Source of the DNA: Planctomycetota bacterium
Lineage (GTDB): Bacteria > Planctomycetota > UBA1135 > UBA2386
Reading direction: 5' to 3'
DNA length: 64,000 nt
Assembly (NCBI GenBank): GCA_965223545.1
Contig: OZ245006.1
Coordinates: 3,264,001 to 3,328,000 of the forward strand
In this document: one piece after another, positions 19,289 through 29,525 of the stretch
Layout: every line of letters begins with the position of its first letter
Numbering within the stretch: the first letter of the stretch is position 1
The notes under the pieces: model-generated
Seen by the model: only the letters and a program-made list of their open reading frames with translations
What the model was told of the DNA's origin: nothing
Database searches by the model: none
Program-made: the position numbers and the translations under genes

Positions 19289-20260
19289 ATGAGACCCTTC
19301 GATACGACGGCCGCGCCCCACTGCGCGGCGCTCTTGCTCGCCACCCTGATGGCTCCGGCCATGCAGGCCCAGTGCCCCAGCGAGCCCCCACTGCGCAACT
19401 ACACCGGCAGCGGCACGGTCACCTGCCCGTGTTTCGTCGCCGGTGAGCGCGCCGGCGTCGTCCTGCAGGCACCTGCCATCCACTATCCGCTCGAGATCCT
19501 CAAGGTGCGCATCGGCTGGGGCTCGCAGTTCGGCGGCACGCGCCCGTCGACGGAGCGCGCGATCCTGATCTATCCCTCCGGACTACCCAACCCCGGCAGC
19601 CCGCAGCTGACGTTCCCCTCGCCGGTGCTCACCGACGGCTTCATCAACGAGTTCGACCTGCAAGCGGTCACCGGCAACAAGACGATCACCAGCGGCCCGT
19701 TCACCGTGGCGCTCGAGTTCGCCAACAGCAACGCCGGGCAGCTGTTCGCGCCGAGCGTGGTGCACGACGGCAACGGCTGCCAGCGAGGCGCCAACGTCGT
19801 GTTCGCCATCCCCGGCGGATGGAACGACGCGTGCGCGCTCGGCGTGACGGGCGACTGGCTGTTCGAGGTGGTCTATCGCCCCGTCAACTGCCCGACGGCC
19901 ACCTGCGTCGTCCGCACCGGCAGCGGCACCAACCCCTCGGGATACGCCTGCGTCACCAACCCCGTGGTCGGCACCACTTGGCGGAGCTCGATCCCGACCA
20001 CGCCGACTACGGTCGGCACGTGGATCGCGCTCTCGACGACCGCGATCGGCGGCTTGCCGACCGCGTTCGGCGAGCTGCTGATCGCCGCCGCGCCCGCGCC
20101 GGTGATGATCGCCGGCAACGGCTCGCACGCGGTGCCGATCCCGACCTTGGCCAGCCTGGTCGGCGCGTCGCTGTCGACGCAGGGCGTCCGCGTCGATGCC
20201 CCGGCAGGCACGCCCGTGGTGGCGCTGCTCAACGCGGTGGATTTGGTGCTCGGCCTGTAG
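19289..20260 (+). CDS. secreted hypothetical protein with the shared C-terminal domain
   Basis: Signal peptide ending AMQAQ; ends PIPTLASLVGASLSTQG...LLNAVDLVLGL. Confidence 0.75.
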   Translation: MRPFDTTAAPHCAALLLATLMAPAMQAQCPSEPPLRNYTGSGTVTCPCFVAGERAGVVLQAPAIHYPLEILKVRIGWGSQFGGTRPSTERAILIYPSGLPNPGSPQLTFPSPVLTDGFINEFDLQAVTGNKTITSGPFTVALEFANSNAGQLFAPSVVHDGNGCQRGANVVFAIPGGWNDACALGVTGDWLFEVVYRPVNCPTATCVVRTGSGTNPSGYACVTNPVVGTTWRSSIPTTPTTVGTWIALSTTAIGGLPTAFGELLIAAAPAPVMIAGNGSHAVPIPTLASLVGASLSTQGVRVDAPAGTPVVALLNAVDLVLGL

Positions 20261-20293
20261 CCGGCTCGCCCCGCCGGGACGTGACGCCGAGCG

Positions 20294-21546
20294 TCACGAG
20301 CCGATCGGCACGACCTCGGCGTTGGTCAGACCGATGCCCCCACTCGGGCACACGACCACACCCTGCGCGCAGATCAGCAGGTTGCACAGATTGAAGTTGT
20401 TGGGCAGGGGAACCGGTGCGAACCCGCTGCCGCCGCAGGCACCCGCGCCGCCCAGCGGGATCGGGCCGATGTTGATCAGCGAACCGTTGACCACCGGGTA
20501 GAACCGCCCGCACAGGAACGGGATCGGCTGGCAGCCGCCGACGTTGAGGAAGGCGAAGCCGGTCGAACCGCTCGGGGCGTTGTCGAAGGCGAAGCCGAAC
20601 GCGCCGTTGCCCGGCACCGCCGCGCCAACCGCATCGAAGCTCATGCTCGGGCAGCTCGGGCACGCGCTCGGTAGACAGCTCCCACCGAGCGAGCGCGCGG
20701 TGATCGAGCGGATGTCGAAGCCGTACCAGAACTCGGCGCGCGGGTGGTTCAGCGGGCAGCAGCTCTGCGGCCGCAGGGTCGGGCAGCTGGCGCCCGCGGC
20801 CCAGATCACTGCCTGGGTCGACGTCTGCCGCCCATCCGAGATCAGGATCTGGTCCTTGCACTCGTCGTAAGCCATCGCGCGGATCGACTGCAGCTGGCCT
20901 GTCGCGCAAGCGCTGACCGGGATCCGGCAGAACGGCTGGCAGTTGGGATCGCCCCGCCGATACAGCAGCAAGACGTTGTTGGGCGTCAAGCCGCCGAACA
21001 CCGAGCTGGCGACGTAAATCACATCGCGCTTCTGGTCGAAGGCGATCGCGCCGGCGCGATGGCGGGTCGTGGGCAGCGGGATCCGACACGTGGACCGAGG
21101 CTGCGGACAGTTGACCGGCGACAGGCTCCAAGTCGTGATTGCGGCGAAGCCCGGCACCGTCTCCAGCTCGTACATCTCGCGCCGGGCCGGATTGATCGTC
21201 AAGCCGGACGCGCGCGAGGTCGCGCCGAGCGCTTGGGTGGCGGGCACCAGACAGCCGCTCTTGCAGGTGTTCTGGTCGACCTCGAGGATCCGCGTCCCCT
21301 CGGTGTGCCACACCACGTCGCGCATCGGGTCGTAGGCCGCGCCACCGGCCCAATCGACCGTCGGCGGCGGCAGCACGTTGGTGCAGTGCACGATCGGGGG
21401 GTCGCAGACCACTGCTCGGTGATGCTGGAAGAGGGGTTGCCGGGGTTTGCGGTGAACCCGATAAACGGACCCTGCGCTGTGGCGGCGCCGACCACCAGGG
21501 CGACGGCAGAAAGGTGCCCGGGCAGGGCGGAAAGACGGTGTGACAT
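20294..21546 (-). pseudogene. Cys-rich secreted protein with the shared C-terminal domain, frameshifted near 21410
   Basis: Signal peptide MSHRLSALPGHLSAVALVVGAATAQ is in one frame and the body (VCDPPIVHC...GLTNAEVVPIGS) in another; adding one base joins them. Confidence 0.7.
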
Positions 21547-21685
21547 TGGATTCCTCAAGGGTCGATGCGGGCCGCACCAATGCGGTCTCACGTTTGAGGA
21601 ACGCGACCCTCGTCGTCGGCCCAAGGTGGATTCCGTGGTTTTCTTCGCGAAGGCAACCGCCGCGGGCCACCGGATCGGGGCACGG

Positions 21686-22945
21686 ATGACCGAGGCCCCC
21701 GAGCCGGCAATGCTCCGCTACGCACGAGTCCTGGGCTCGATGCGCGCCGCCGGTGCCCGGACCCCGCGCGACCGGGACGTGCGCTTTCTTCGCCGATTCT
21801 GGCTGCGGTCGTATACCGACTCCCAGGATGGAGCCGCCAATCCCTGCGCGTTCGAGGCGCTGGGGTTCACGTATCTCTTTGACGATGCACTGCCATCGCA
21901 GCCTCAGGAACCCCGCGTGATCGCCGCTTTCGGCCGTGCCCGGGCCTCCCAGCCCGGCGCAGCCTTGCTCGCTCGAATCCTCGAAGAGCGATCGTCCGGC
22001 ACGCCAGCACGCGCCTCGGTCGATCGCTTCGAACGCGAGATGCACTTCCAGTTCGAAGCAAACTCCAAGCGGGTGCTGGCCCGGCTCGACCGCGGCATGG
22101 TCGGCGCACTGGGCCACTTCCGCCGCGGGATCGCGGAGCTCTCGCGGCAGGTTCTCGCAGACTACCCGGGGCTGCGCCTCTCCGAGAAGGTGCGCACCGA
22201 GCTCGAGGCCCTCGCGAACACTCTCGGCGACGGCCCGACCGGCAACGTCGCCGGCGCCCTGCGGCAGCTGCGTCCGCTGCAACGGCTGGAAGCCACCGAC
22301 CTCGAGCCTTGTGTCAGACTCGCCGACGAAGCCGAGCGATCCACGACTTGGCCGGCCACCCGGCCGATCCGGCGCGCCCTCCTCGAGACCCTGCGGCGGC
22401 GCGCATTCCGTGATCTCCTCCGAGAACTCCGCAAGCCCGGAACCCCGGACGACAACGAGAGAATTCAACGGCGGCTGGGGCCGGTACTCGCCGAGCTGAA
22501 AGCGCGCCCGCGCAGCGAGAAGATCCAGCGTCGCTTCCGCTTCTTGCCGGAGGGCACCGGGCTCGGTGACGAGTACGACGTCGGACACCTCGTGGCGCAC
22601 GCCGCGGGTGGCTCCACCGACGTCAACTACTTCGCGCAGCGGCGCAGCCTCAACCAGGGCCGCTCTGGCGCCGGGCGCCGCTACCGGTGGATGGAGCGGA
22701 TCGCCTCCACCGGCGGCGACGCGGTGCGCTTCTTCTTCTCGCGGCTGATCTACCGCGATGACACCGCGTTGCCGACCGCGCTGGAATACGGAGTGCTGGT
22801 GACCGACGACCGCGCCGCGCAACTACGCCGGGATCATCGCTTCGCCGGCCCGATGTGGCTGGTCGCCCCGGCGGCGAGCGCGGCAGACAAAACACCCTTG
22901 TCGTGGTGGATCGGTCGCTTCGACAACCGAGCAGACCAAGACTGA
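21686..22945 (+). CDS. DNA/RNA non-specific endonuclease-like (His-Me finger) protein
   Basis: YDVGHLVAHAAGG..DVNYFAQRRSLNQG motif, then FFSRLIY and LEYGVL. Confidence 0.65.
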   Translation: MTEAPEPAMLRYARVLGSMRAAGARTPRDRDVRFLRRFWLRSYTDSQDGAANPCAFEALGFTYLFDDALPSQPQEPRVIAAFGRARASQPGAALLARILEERSSGTPARASVDRFEREMHFQFEANSKRVLARLDRGMVGALGHFRRGIAELSRQVLADYPGLRLSEKVRTELEALANTLGDGPTGNVAGALRQLRPLQRLEATDLEPCVRLADEAERSTTWPATRPIRRALLETLRRRAFRDLLRELRKPGTPDDNERIQRRLGPVLAELKARPRSEKIQRRFRFLPEGTGLGDEYDVGHLVAHAAGGSTDVNYFAQRRSLNQGRSGAGRRYRWMERIASTGGDAVRFFFSRLIYRDDTALPTALEYGVLVTDDRAAQLRRDHRFAGPMWLVAPAASAADKTPLSWWIGRFDNRADQD

Positions 22946-22960
22946 TCGCGCCTCCTCACC

Positions 22961-23656
22961 TCATAACGGCTCGAGTTCGACCCGCCGAAACTCACACACC
23001 GCGCCCTCGGCCTGGATCGCGATCCGGCCCCGCGTCGCGGTGCAGTCCGTGCCGTGGTTGACCAGATCGCCGTTGACGTAGATCGAGACCTCGCGCCCCT
23101 GGCAGACGACGACCATGCGGTTCCACTCGCCGACCGCGTGCTCCGAGTCGTCGGTGAGGTTGCGGATCCGGCGGTTGCGCCCCTCGTCGACGCCCCACTT
23201 CTCGGGCGGGCCGCGCCGGGCCTCCATGTCGGGAACGGTGATGTCCTCGCCGATGCACCAGAAGTCGCCGGCGTTGCCGTGGTGCAGCTGGCACTCGAGC
23301 GACTGAGGGAACATGCCGTACAACCGGCGCGGCGTGGATGCGTGCACGAGGATGCCGCAGTTGCCGGGCTCTCCCGGCCACCGGTACTCGACGGTCAGGC
23401 GGTAGTTCTCGTAGTCGGCGTCGGTCACCAAGTGGCCCGGCGGCGAGCCTCGGCTGACCAGGAGCCCGTCGCGCACTTCGAAAGAGGGCGGCGTTTCCGC
23501 CCTCTCGTCGGCGGCGGGGACATCGGTGTGCCAACCCGAGAGATCCGTACCGTTGAACAGCGGAATGACGGCGGGAGCCGGCGGCGGCGCGGCACAGGCC
23601 ATCGCGACGGCCGTGGCCACACCACCGATCCCGCACCGAAGGGCAATCGATCGCAT
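22961..23656 (-). CDS. DUF1080 (3-keto-disaccharide hydrolase-like) lipoprotein
   Basis: LFNGTDLSGW, GNCGILVH, ECQL, GEWNRM, GRIAIQAEG, EFRRVEL. Confidence 0.88.
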   Translation of the reverse strand: MRSIALRCGIGGVATAVAMACAAPPPAPAVIPLFNGTDLSGWHTDVPAADERAETPPSFEVRDGLLVSRGSPPGHLVTDADYENYRLTVEYRWPGEPGNCGILVHASTPRRLYGMFPQSLECQLHHGNAGDFWCIGEDITVPDMEARRGPPEKWGVDEGRNRRIRNLTDDSEHAVGEWNRMVVVCQGREVSIYVNGDLVNHGTDCTATRGRIAIQAEGAVCEFRRVELEPL

Positions 23657-23752
23657 CGGACCAAGCGTAGCGGGCACGCCGAGTTGAGCGCACAGCCGGC
23701 GCGGACTCCGGTCCATCGTTGACGACGAGCGCTCGGAGCGCACGCTGGCGGC

Positions 23753-24991
23753 GTGCCGCGCGCGCTCCCGATCGTCTACTTCGCCACCGGCCACTGTTGC
23801 CTGCTCGCCGCGTGCCTGGTCGTGGCGCTCGATCCACAGCCGTTCGCGGTGACGATGCTGCTGCCCCGCGTCGTCGCCGTCGTGCACCTCGTCACGCTCG
23901 GCTGGATCACGACCTCGATCCTCGGCGCGACCTACATCGTCGCGCCGATGGCCTTGGCCGTGCCCTTGTCGGCGACGCGCGCCGACGGGTGGGCCTGCGC
24001 CGGAGTGCTGATCGCCGCCTCCGGCGTCATCTCTCACTTCTGGCTCGCCGAGTACTCGGGGATCGCCTGGTCCGGCGGCATCCTGCTGCTTGCGTGCGGC
24101 ACGGTCACGGCCAAGGTGCTCGCCGCCTTGCGGCGCGCGAAGGGCACGCCCGCTCCGCTGCGCGCGCACATCGCGCTCGCCTACGTCAACCTGATGGTGG
24201 CAATCCTGCTGGGCACGTGGCTCGCGTTCTGCAAGACCCACCCCGAGTGGCTGGCCCACCCTCTCGATGCGTTGATCGCGCACGCACACGTCGCCGCCGT
24301 CGGCTGGGCCGTGATGATCGCCGTCGGCGTCGGCCATCGCCTGCTGCCGATGTTCTTACCGGCCGCGCCACCGACCGACCGCACGGCGTGGACCACGGTG
24401 TGCTGTCTGCAAGGCGGAGTGGGCCTGGCCGTCGCCGGCTTCTGGCTGCCCGCAGCCCTGCCCTTCGCTGCGATCGGAATCGTCCTGGGCATCGGCGTCT
24501 TCGCCGGCGACGTGGTGCGCATGCTGCGCCAACGCCGCCCTCCGCCGCGCGCGCTGCGCCGGCCCGACCCGGGCGCCCTGCAGGCACTGTTCGCGATCAC
24601 CTGCCTGGTGGTGGCGGCGGCGATCGGGCTGTGGCTCGCACTCGATCCCACCCCGCGCCCGCGCTGGACCGCGGCCTACGGCGGGTTGGCGTTGGTCGGC
24701 TTCCTGTCGCAGCTGATCCTCGGCATCGGCCAGCGACTGTTTCCGCTCTTTGCCTGGCGGCGGCAATGGGACGACAACGAGCACCGCACCCTGCCACCGT
24801 CGCCACACACGACTCCGGTCCGTGGCTTGCAGGTGGGCCAATTCGCAGCGTGGTTGATCGGAGTGCCGGCTCTGACGGCAGGTCTGGCGTCGGCCAGCCC
24901 GGCATGGATCAGTGCGGCGGGTTGGGCGCTGGCAGCCGGCACCGCGATGGCCGCGGTCAACACCGCCGTCGTGCTGCGCGCGCGGACGTAG
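23753..24991 (+). CDS. multi-TM membrane protein with conserved His motifs (NnrS/oxidase-subunit-I-like, function unknown)
   Basis: About 12 hydrophobic segments; HLVTLGW, AHAHVAAVGW, HRLLPMF. Confidence 0.65.
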   Translation: MPRALPIVYFATGHCCLLAACLVVALDPQPFAVTMLLPRVVAVVHLVTLGWITTSILGATYIVAPMALAVPLSATRADGWACAGVLIAASGVISHFWLAEYSGIAWSGGILLLACGTVTAKVLAALRRAKGTPAPLRAHIALAYVNLMVAILLGTWLAFCKTHPEWLAHPLDALIAHAHVAAVGWAVMIAVGVGHRLLPMFLPAAPPTDRTAWTTVCCLQGGVGLAVAGFWLPAALPFAAIGIVLGIGVFAGDVVRMLRQRRPPPRALRRPDPGALQALFAITCLVVAAAIGLWLALDPTPRPRWTAAYGGLALVGFLSQLILGIGQRLFPLFAWRRQWDDNEHRTLPPSPHTTPVRGLQVGQFAAWLIGVPALTAGLASASPAWISAAGWALAAGTAMAAVNTAVVLRART

Positions 24992-24997
24992 CCGCCG

Positions 24998-26869
24998 TCA
25001 GTCCGGATCCACCATCCGCTCCGGCGCCAGCCGCGCGGCGATCTCCTCGTTCAGCAAACCGCGGTCGCGCAACACGTCGGCGAGGCTCTTGCCCGACGCC
25101 AGCGCCTCGGCGGCGACCTCGGTCGACGGCCCGTAGCCCAACACCGGCACCAGGGCGGTCACCAGGCCGATGCTGTTCTCGACGAACTGCCGGCACTGGG
25201 ACTCGTTGGCGGCGATGCCCTCGACGCAGTTGGCCGCCAGGGTGCGCGCGGCGTTGGCGAGAATGCGCAGCGATTCGAGGATGCTGGCGGCGATCACCGG
25301 CTCCATCACGTTGAGCTGCAGCTGGCCCGCCTCGGCGGCGAGGGTGATGGTGAGGTCGTTGCCGATGACGCGGTAGGCGACCTGGTTGACCACCTCTGGG
25401 ATCACCGGGTTGACCTTGCCTGGCATGATCGAAGATCCGGGCTGCCGCGGCGGCAAGCGGATCTCACCGAGGCCGGCGCGCGGGCCGGACGAGAGCAGAC
25501 GCAGGTCGCTGCAGATCTTCGACAGCTTGATCGCCGTGCTCTTCAGCCCCGACGAGAACATGACGAACGCCTGCGTGTCCTGCGTCGCTTCGATCAGGTT
25601 GGGTGCGGCGGCCAGGCGCAGACCGCTGACCTCACACAGGCGCTCCACGACCCGCTTGCGGTAGCCCTTGGGCGTGTTGAGCCCGGTGCCGATCGCGGTG
25701 CCGCCGAGGTTGACGGTGCGCAGGTCGTCGCGCGCGCGCTGTAGCGCGTCGAGCTCCTGACGGAGGCTGACGGCGAAGGCGCCGAACTCCTGGCCCAGGG
25801 TCATCGGCACCGCGTCCTGCAGCTGGGTGCGGCCCATCTTGACGACGGTGGCGAACTCGGCGCTCTTCGCCTCGAACGCGCCGATCAACGCCTCCAGGCT
25901 GTCGACGAGCTCACGGCTGCTCAGGATGATGCCGACCTTGAGTGCGCTCGGGTACACGTCGTTGGTCGACTGCGAGCAGTTGACGTGGTTGTTCGGGTGC
26001 AGGCGGTCGTAGTCCCCCTTGTCGTGCCCGAGCAGCTCAAGGGCGCGGTTGGCCAAGACCTCGTTGGCGTTCATGTTGGTCGACGTGCCGGCACCTCCCT
26101 GCAGCATGTCGACGACGAAGTAGTCGTGCAGCTTGCCGGCGATCACCTCGTCGGCAGCGTCGGCGATGGCGGCGGCGACGTCGTCCGGCAGGGCGCCGCA
26201 GTCTCGGTTGGCGAGGGCGCACGCCTTCTTCACCATCGCCAGAGCCCGCACCAGATGGGGATAGGCATTGAGCCGGCCGCCGCCAATGTCGAAGTTGGTC
26301 AGCGCCCGCATCGTCTGCAGGCCGTAGTAGGCCTCGGCCTGCACGTGCCCATCGCCGAGCAGATCGTGCTCGACGCGCGTGCGACCGGTCGAGAACGCCT
26401 GCGTCACCCCGCTGGTGCGGAACAGAAGCTGATCGACGCGACCGACCACCTCCGCCAGCAAGCTCGCCAGCATCCTCTTCTCGAGCTCGTGGTCGTCGCC
26501 GACGAACTCCTTGACCCGGTCGCGGTGCAAGACGTCGACGGTCACGCCGGTCAGCGCGGTGGCCGTCGTCGAGTGCACCGAGTCGCCGATCATCATGCCC
26601 TCGCCGAGCACATCCCCGCGGACCAGCGTGGTCACCGCCCGGCGATTGCCGTAGACGTCCGCCCGGCTCAGCTCGACGCGGCCGGAACGCACCAGGAGCA
26701 GGCGCGCACGCGGATCGCCCTCGGCAAACAGCACCTCACCCTCCGCGTAGCTTCGCGGCTCGACCATCGCCAGTAGGCGCGCCACCTCGTCCGGCGCGAG
26801 GTTGGCAAAGATGTGCACCTGGCAGAAGGGATGCTCCTGGTGGGAGCCTGCGGTAAAGGGGTCGGTCAT
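24998..26869 (-). CDS. aspA: aspartate ammonia-lyase with an N-terminal cyclic-nucleotide-binding domain
   Basis: N-terminal LFAEGD..LLVRSGRVE..GDVLGE (cNMP fold), then GGAGTSTNMNANE, GRTQLQDAVP, GSSIMPGKVNP. Confidence 0.9.
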   Translation of the reverse strand: MTDPFTAGSHQEHPFCQVHIFANLAPDEVARLLAMVEPRSYAEGEVLFAEGDPRARLLLVRSGRVELSRADVYGNRRAVTTLVRGDVLGEGMMIGDSVHSTTATALTGVTVDVLHRDRVKEFVGDDHELEKRMLASLLAEVVGRVDQLLFRTSGVTQAFSTGRTRVEHDLLGDGHVQAEAYYGLQTMRALTNFDIGGGRLNAYPHLVRALAMVKKACALANRDCGALPDDVAAAIADAADEVIAGKLHDYFVVDMLQGGAGTSTNMNANEVLANRALELLGHDKGDYDRLHPNNHVNCSQSTNDVYPSALKVGIILSSRELVDSLEALIGAFEAKSAEFATVVKMGRTQLQDAVPMTLGQEFGAFAVSLRQELDALQRARDDLRTVNLGGTAIGTGLNTPKGYRKRVVERLCEVSGLRLAAAPNLIEATQDTQAFVMFSSGLKSTAIKLSKICSDLRLLSSGPRAGLGEIRLPPRQPGSSIMPGKVNPVIPEVVNQVAYRVIGNDLTITLAAEAGQLQLNVMEPVIAASILESLRILANAARTLAANCVEGIAANESQCRQFVENSIGLVTALVPVLGYGPSTEVAAEALASGKSLADVLRDRGLLNEEIAARLAPERMVDPD

Positions 26870-26999
26870 GGCGGTCGGGCCGACCCGCGTGGGGGCGGTC
26901 CGACGCGGATCGTGCCACAAGCGCGGCCGCCAGCCAAAGGCCTCGGCCGGCGGGCGCTCGCGGTTTGCACTGCCCGCCGCCAACCGCCACAGTGCGGCC

Positions 27000-27647
27000 G
27001 TGGAGACCCGCATCCTCCTGCTGTTCGCCCATCCCGCGCTGCACAAGTCGCGCGCCAACGCGCGGTTGTTGCGCGAGGCAGAAGCCCTCGACGGCGTCAC
27101 CGTGCACGACCTCTACGAGGAGTATCCCGACTTCGTCATCCACGTGGACCGCGAGCAGGCGCTGCTCTCGAGCCACGACCTGGTCGTCGCCCAACACCCG
27201 TTCTACTGGTACTCGACGCCGGCCATCCTCAAGGAGTGGCAGGACCTCGTGCTGGAGTACGGGTGGGCCTACGGCGAGGGCGGCGACGCGCTCGCCGGCA
27301 AGCAGTGGCTCAGCGTGATCACCACGGGCGGGGCGCGCGAGTCCTATCGCACGGGCGCGCACAACCGTTGGACGATGCGGCAGCTGCTCGCGCCGCTGGA
27401 CCAGACCGTGCACCTGTGCGGCATGGAGTACCTGCCACCGTTCGTCGTGCAGGGGGCGGGCAGGATGGACAGCACCGCGCTGGACCGCGTCGCCGGCGAG
27501 TACCGCGATGCGTTGGCCGGGCTGCGCGACGGCGCGGTGGATCTCGACGCGCTGCGGCAGCGCGACTACTTCAACCGCGACGCCGACGACAAGACTGACT
27601 GGCGCCCGCGCGACGCACGCATCGGAGGAACGACCAGTGCACGCTGA
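27000..27647 (+). CDS. kefG: KefF/KefG-type NAD(P)H oxidoreductase
   Basis: FAHPALHKSRAN, HDLYEEYPDF, QHPFYWYSTPAILKEWQD; precedes a KefB/KefC gene. Confidence 0.85.
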   Translation: METRILLLFAHPALHKSRANARLLREAEALDGVTVHDLYEEYPDFVIHVDREQALLSSHDLVVAQHPFYWYSTPAILKEWQDLVLEYGWAYGEGGDALAGKQWLSVITTGGARESYRTGAHNRWTMRQLLAPLDQTVHLCGMEYLPPFVVQGAGRMDSTALDRVAGEYRDALAGLRDGAVDLDALRQRDYFNRDADDKTDWRPRDARIGGTTSAR

Positions 27648-29499
27648 CGGGCTCTTGGTGCAGGCGTTCGTCTACTTGGTCGCCGCCGTCGCAGTGGTGC
27701 CGGTGGCGAAGCGACTCGGTCTGGGCTCGGTCCTGGGCTACCTGGTCGCCGGCGCGATCATCGGCCCGGCGGTGCTGGGTTGGGTCGGCGATTCGGCAGA
27801 CGTCATGCACTTCGCCGAGTTCGGCGTGGTGATGATGCTGTTCTTGATCGGGCTCGAGCTCCGGCCGGCACTGCTGTGGTCGATGCGGGGGCCGATCCTC
27901 GGCCTAGGCGGCCTGCAGGTCGCGGTGACGACGGTGGTGATCGCGGGGATCGGGCTGAGCGTGGGCCTGGACGCACGCCAGGCGCTGGCGATCGGCATGA
28001 TCCTGGCGCTGTCGTCGACCGCGATCGTGCTGCAGTCGCTCGCCGAGAAGGGTCTGCAGAACACTCCCGCCGGCCAGGCGTCGTTCGCGGTCCTGCTGTT
28101 TCAGGACATCGCGGTGATTCCGATGCTGGCGCTGCTGCCACTCCTGGCGGTCGCCGCGCCGACAGCCGATGCCGGCGCACACGGCGCCGCCGAGGGCTTC
28201 ACCGGCTGGCAGCACGCCTTGCTGGTCTGTGGCGTGGTCGCCGCCATCGTCGCCGGCGGCCGTTTCGCCGTCCGGCCCGCGTTTCGTTTCATCGCCGATG
28301 CGCGCCTGCGCGAGGTGTTCACCGCGGCGGCGCTGCTGCTGGTCGTCGGCATCGCGCTCGCCATGCAGGCGATCGGTCTATCGGCGGCCTTGGGCACGTT
28401 CCTCGCCGGCGTCGTGCTGGCGGACAACGAGTACCGGCACGAGCTCGAGGCCGACATCGAGCCCTTCAAGGGGCTGCTGCTCGGCCTGTTCTTTCTCTCC
28501 GTCGGCGCCAGCATCGATTTCGCCATGGTCGCCGAACGACCCGGCACGATCGCTGCCCTGGTCGCCGCTCTCGTCGCGGTCAAGCTCGCGCTGCTCATCG
28601 CGCTGGGACGCTTCTCGGGCCGCACCTGGAGCCAAACGCTGCTGTTCGCCGCGGCGCTCGCGCAGGGCGGCGAGTTCGCCTTCGTGCTGTTCTCGGTGGC
28701 CGGCCAACACGGAGTGCTCGGCGCCGACATCAGCGGACCGCTGATCGCCGCCGTCGCGTTGTCGATGGCGATGACCCCGCTGCTGTTGTTGGCCAACGAC
28801 CGCTGGGTCCAGCCGCGCTTCGCCAGCTCCGCCGACGCGCGCCCGGCCGACGTCATCGACGAGCACGACAACCCGGTCATCTTGGCTGGGTTCGGCCGGT
28901 TCGGGCAGATCGTCGGCCGACTGCTCAAGGCCAACGGCGAGCGGATGACGGTGCTCGATCTCGACCCCAACCTGATCGACGTGTTGCGCAAGTTCGGCCA
29001 CAAGGTGTTCTACGGCGACGCGTCTCGCCTCGAGCTCCTGCAGGCCGCCGGCGCGGCGCAGGCTCGCCTGCTGGTCGTGGCGGTCGACGATCGCGAGAAG
29101 GCCAACGAGATCGTCGCGGTAGCGCAGCGGCACTTTCCGAAGCTCCGCATCATGGCGCGCGCCGTGGGCCGGCATCACGGCTATGAGCTGCTGGCCAAGG
29201 GCGTGCAGGTCGTCGAGCGCGAGACCCTGGGCTCCTCGCTCGAGCTCGGCGTCGAAGCACTGTGCGCCCTCGGCCACCGGCGCAATCGCGCGTTTCGCTC
29301 GGCGCGCGCGTTTCGCTGCCGCGAGGAGGCGGCGATGCGCGAGCTGCACTCGGTGTGGGGCGACGACAAGGTCTACTTCGCGCGCGCCAAGGCGCGGGCC
29401 GACGAGCTGCAGTCTCTGCTGCAAGGGGACCTGGACCGCGGTACCGACGCCGACAGCGGCTGGGACCCGCCGGGAACGCGGGTCGACGCTGGGTCGTAA
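27637..29499 (+). CDS. kefC: KefB/KefC-type K+/H+ antiporter (CPA2) with KTN domain
   Basis: LGSVLGYL, LLFQDI, YRHELEADIEPFKGLLLGLFF, GFGRFGQ; GGAGGA ribosome site upstream. Confidence 0.9.
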   Translation: MHADGLLVQAFVYLVAAVAVVPVAKRLGLGSVLGYLVAGAIIGPAVLGWVGDSADVMHFAEFGVVMMLFLIGLELRPALLWSMRGPILGLGGLQVAVTTVVIAGIGLSVGLDARQALAIGMILALSSTAIVLQSLAEKGLQNTPAGQASFAVLLFQDIAVIPMLALLPLLAVAAPTADAGAHGAAEGFTGWQHALLVCGVVAAIVAGGRFAVRPAFRFIADARLREVFTAAALLLVVGIALAMQAIGLSAALGTFLAGVVLADNEYRHELEADIEPFKGLLLGLFFLSVGASIDFAMVAERPGTIAALVAALVAVKLALLIALGRFSGRTWSQTLLFAAALAQGGEFAFVLFSVAGQHGVLGADISGPLIAAVALSMAMTPLLLLANDRWVQPRFASSADARPADVIDEHDNPVILAGFGRFGQIVGRLLKANGERMTVLDLDPNLIDVLRKFGHKVFYGDASRLELLQAAGAAQARLLVVAVDDREKANEIVAVAQRHFPKLRIMARAVGRHHGYELLAKGVQVVERETLGSSLELGVEALCALGHRRNRAFRSARAFRCREEAAMRELHSVWGDDKVYFARAKARADELQSLLQGDLDRGTDADSGWDPPGTRVDAGS

Positions 29500-29525
29500 A
29501 CTGCACTCCAACCGTGAGTCGCCGC

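Noticed and set aside
20744..22822. Apparent long overlap between the 842-aa minus ORF and the 733-aa plus ORF
   Set aside because: Both are over-extended at their 5' ends; the plausible starts (21546 minus, 21686 plus) are divergent and do not overlap.
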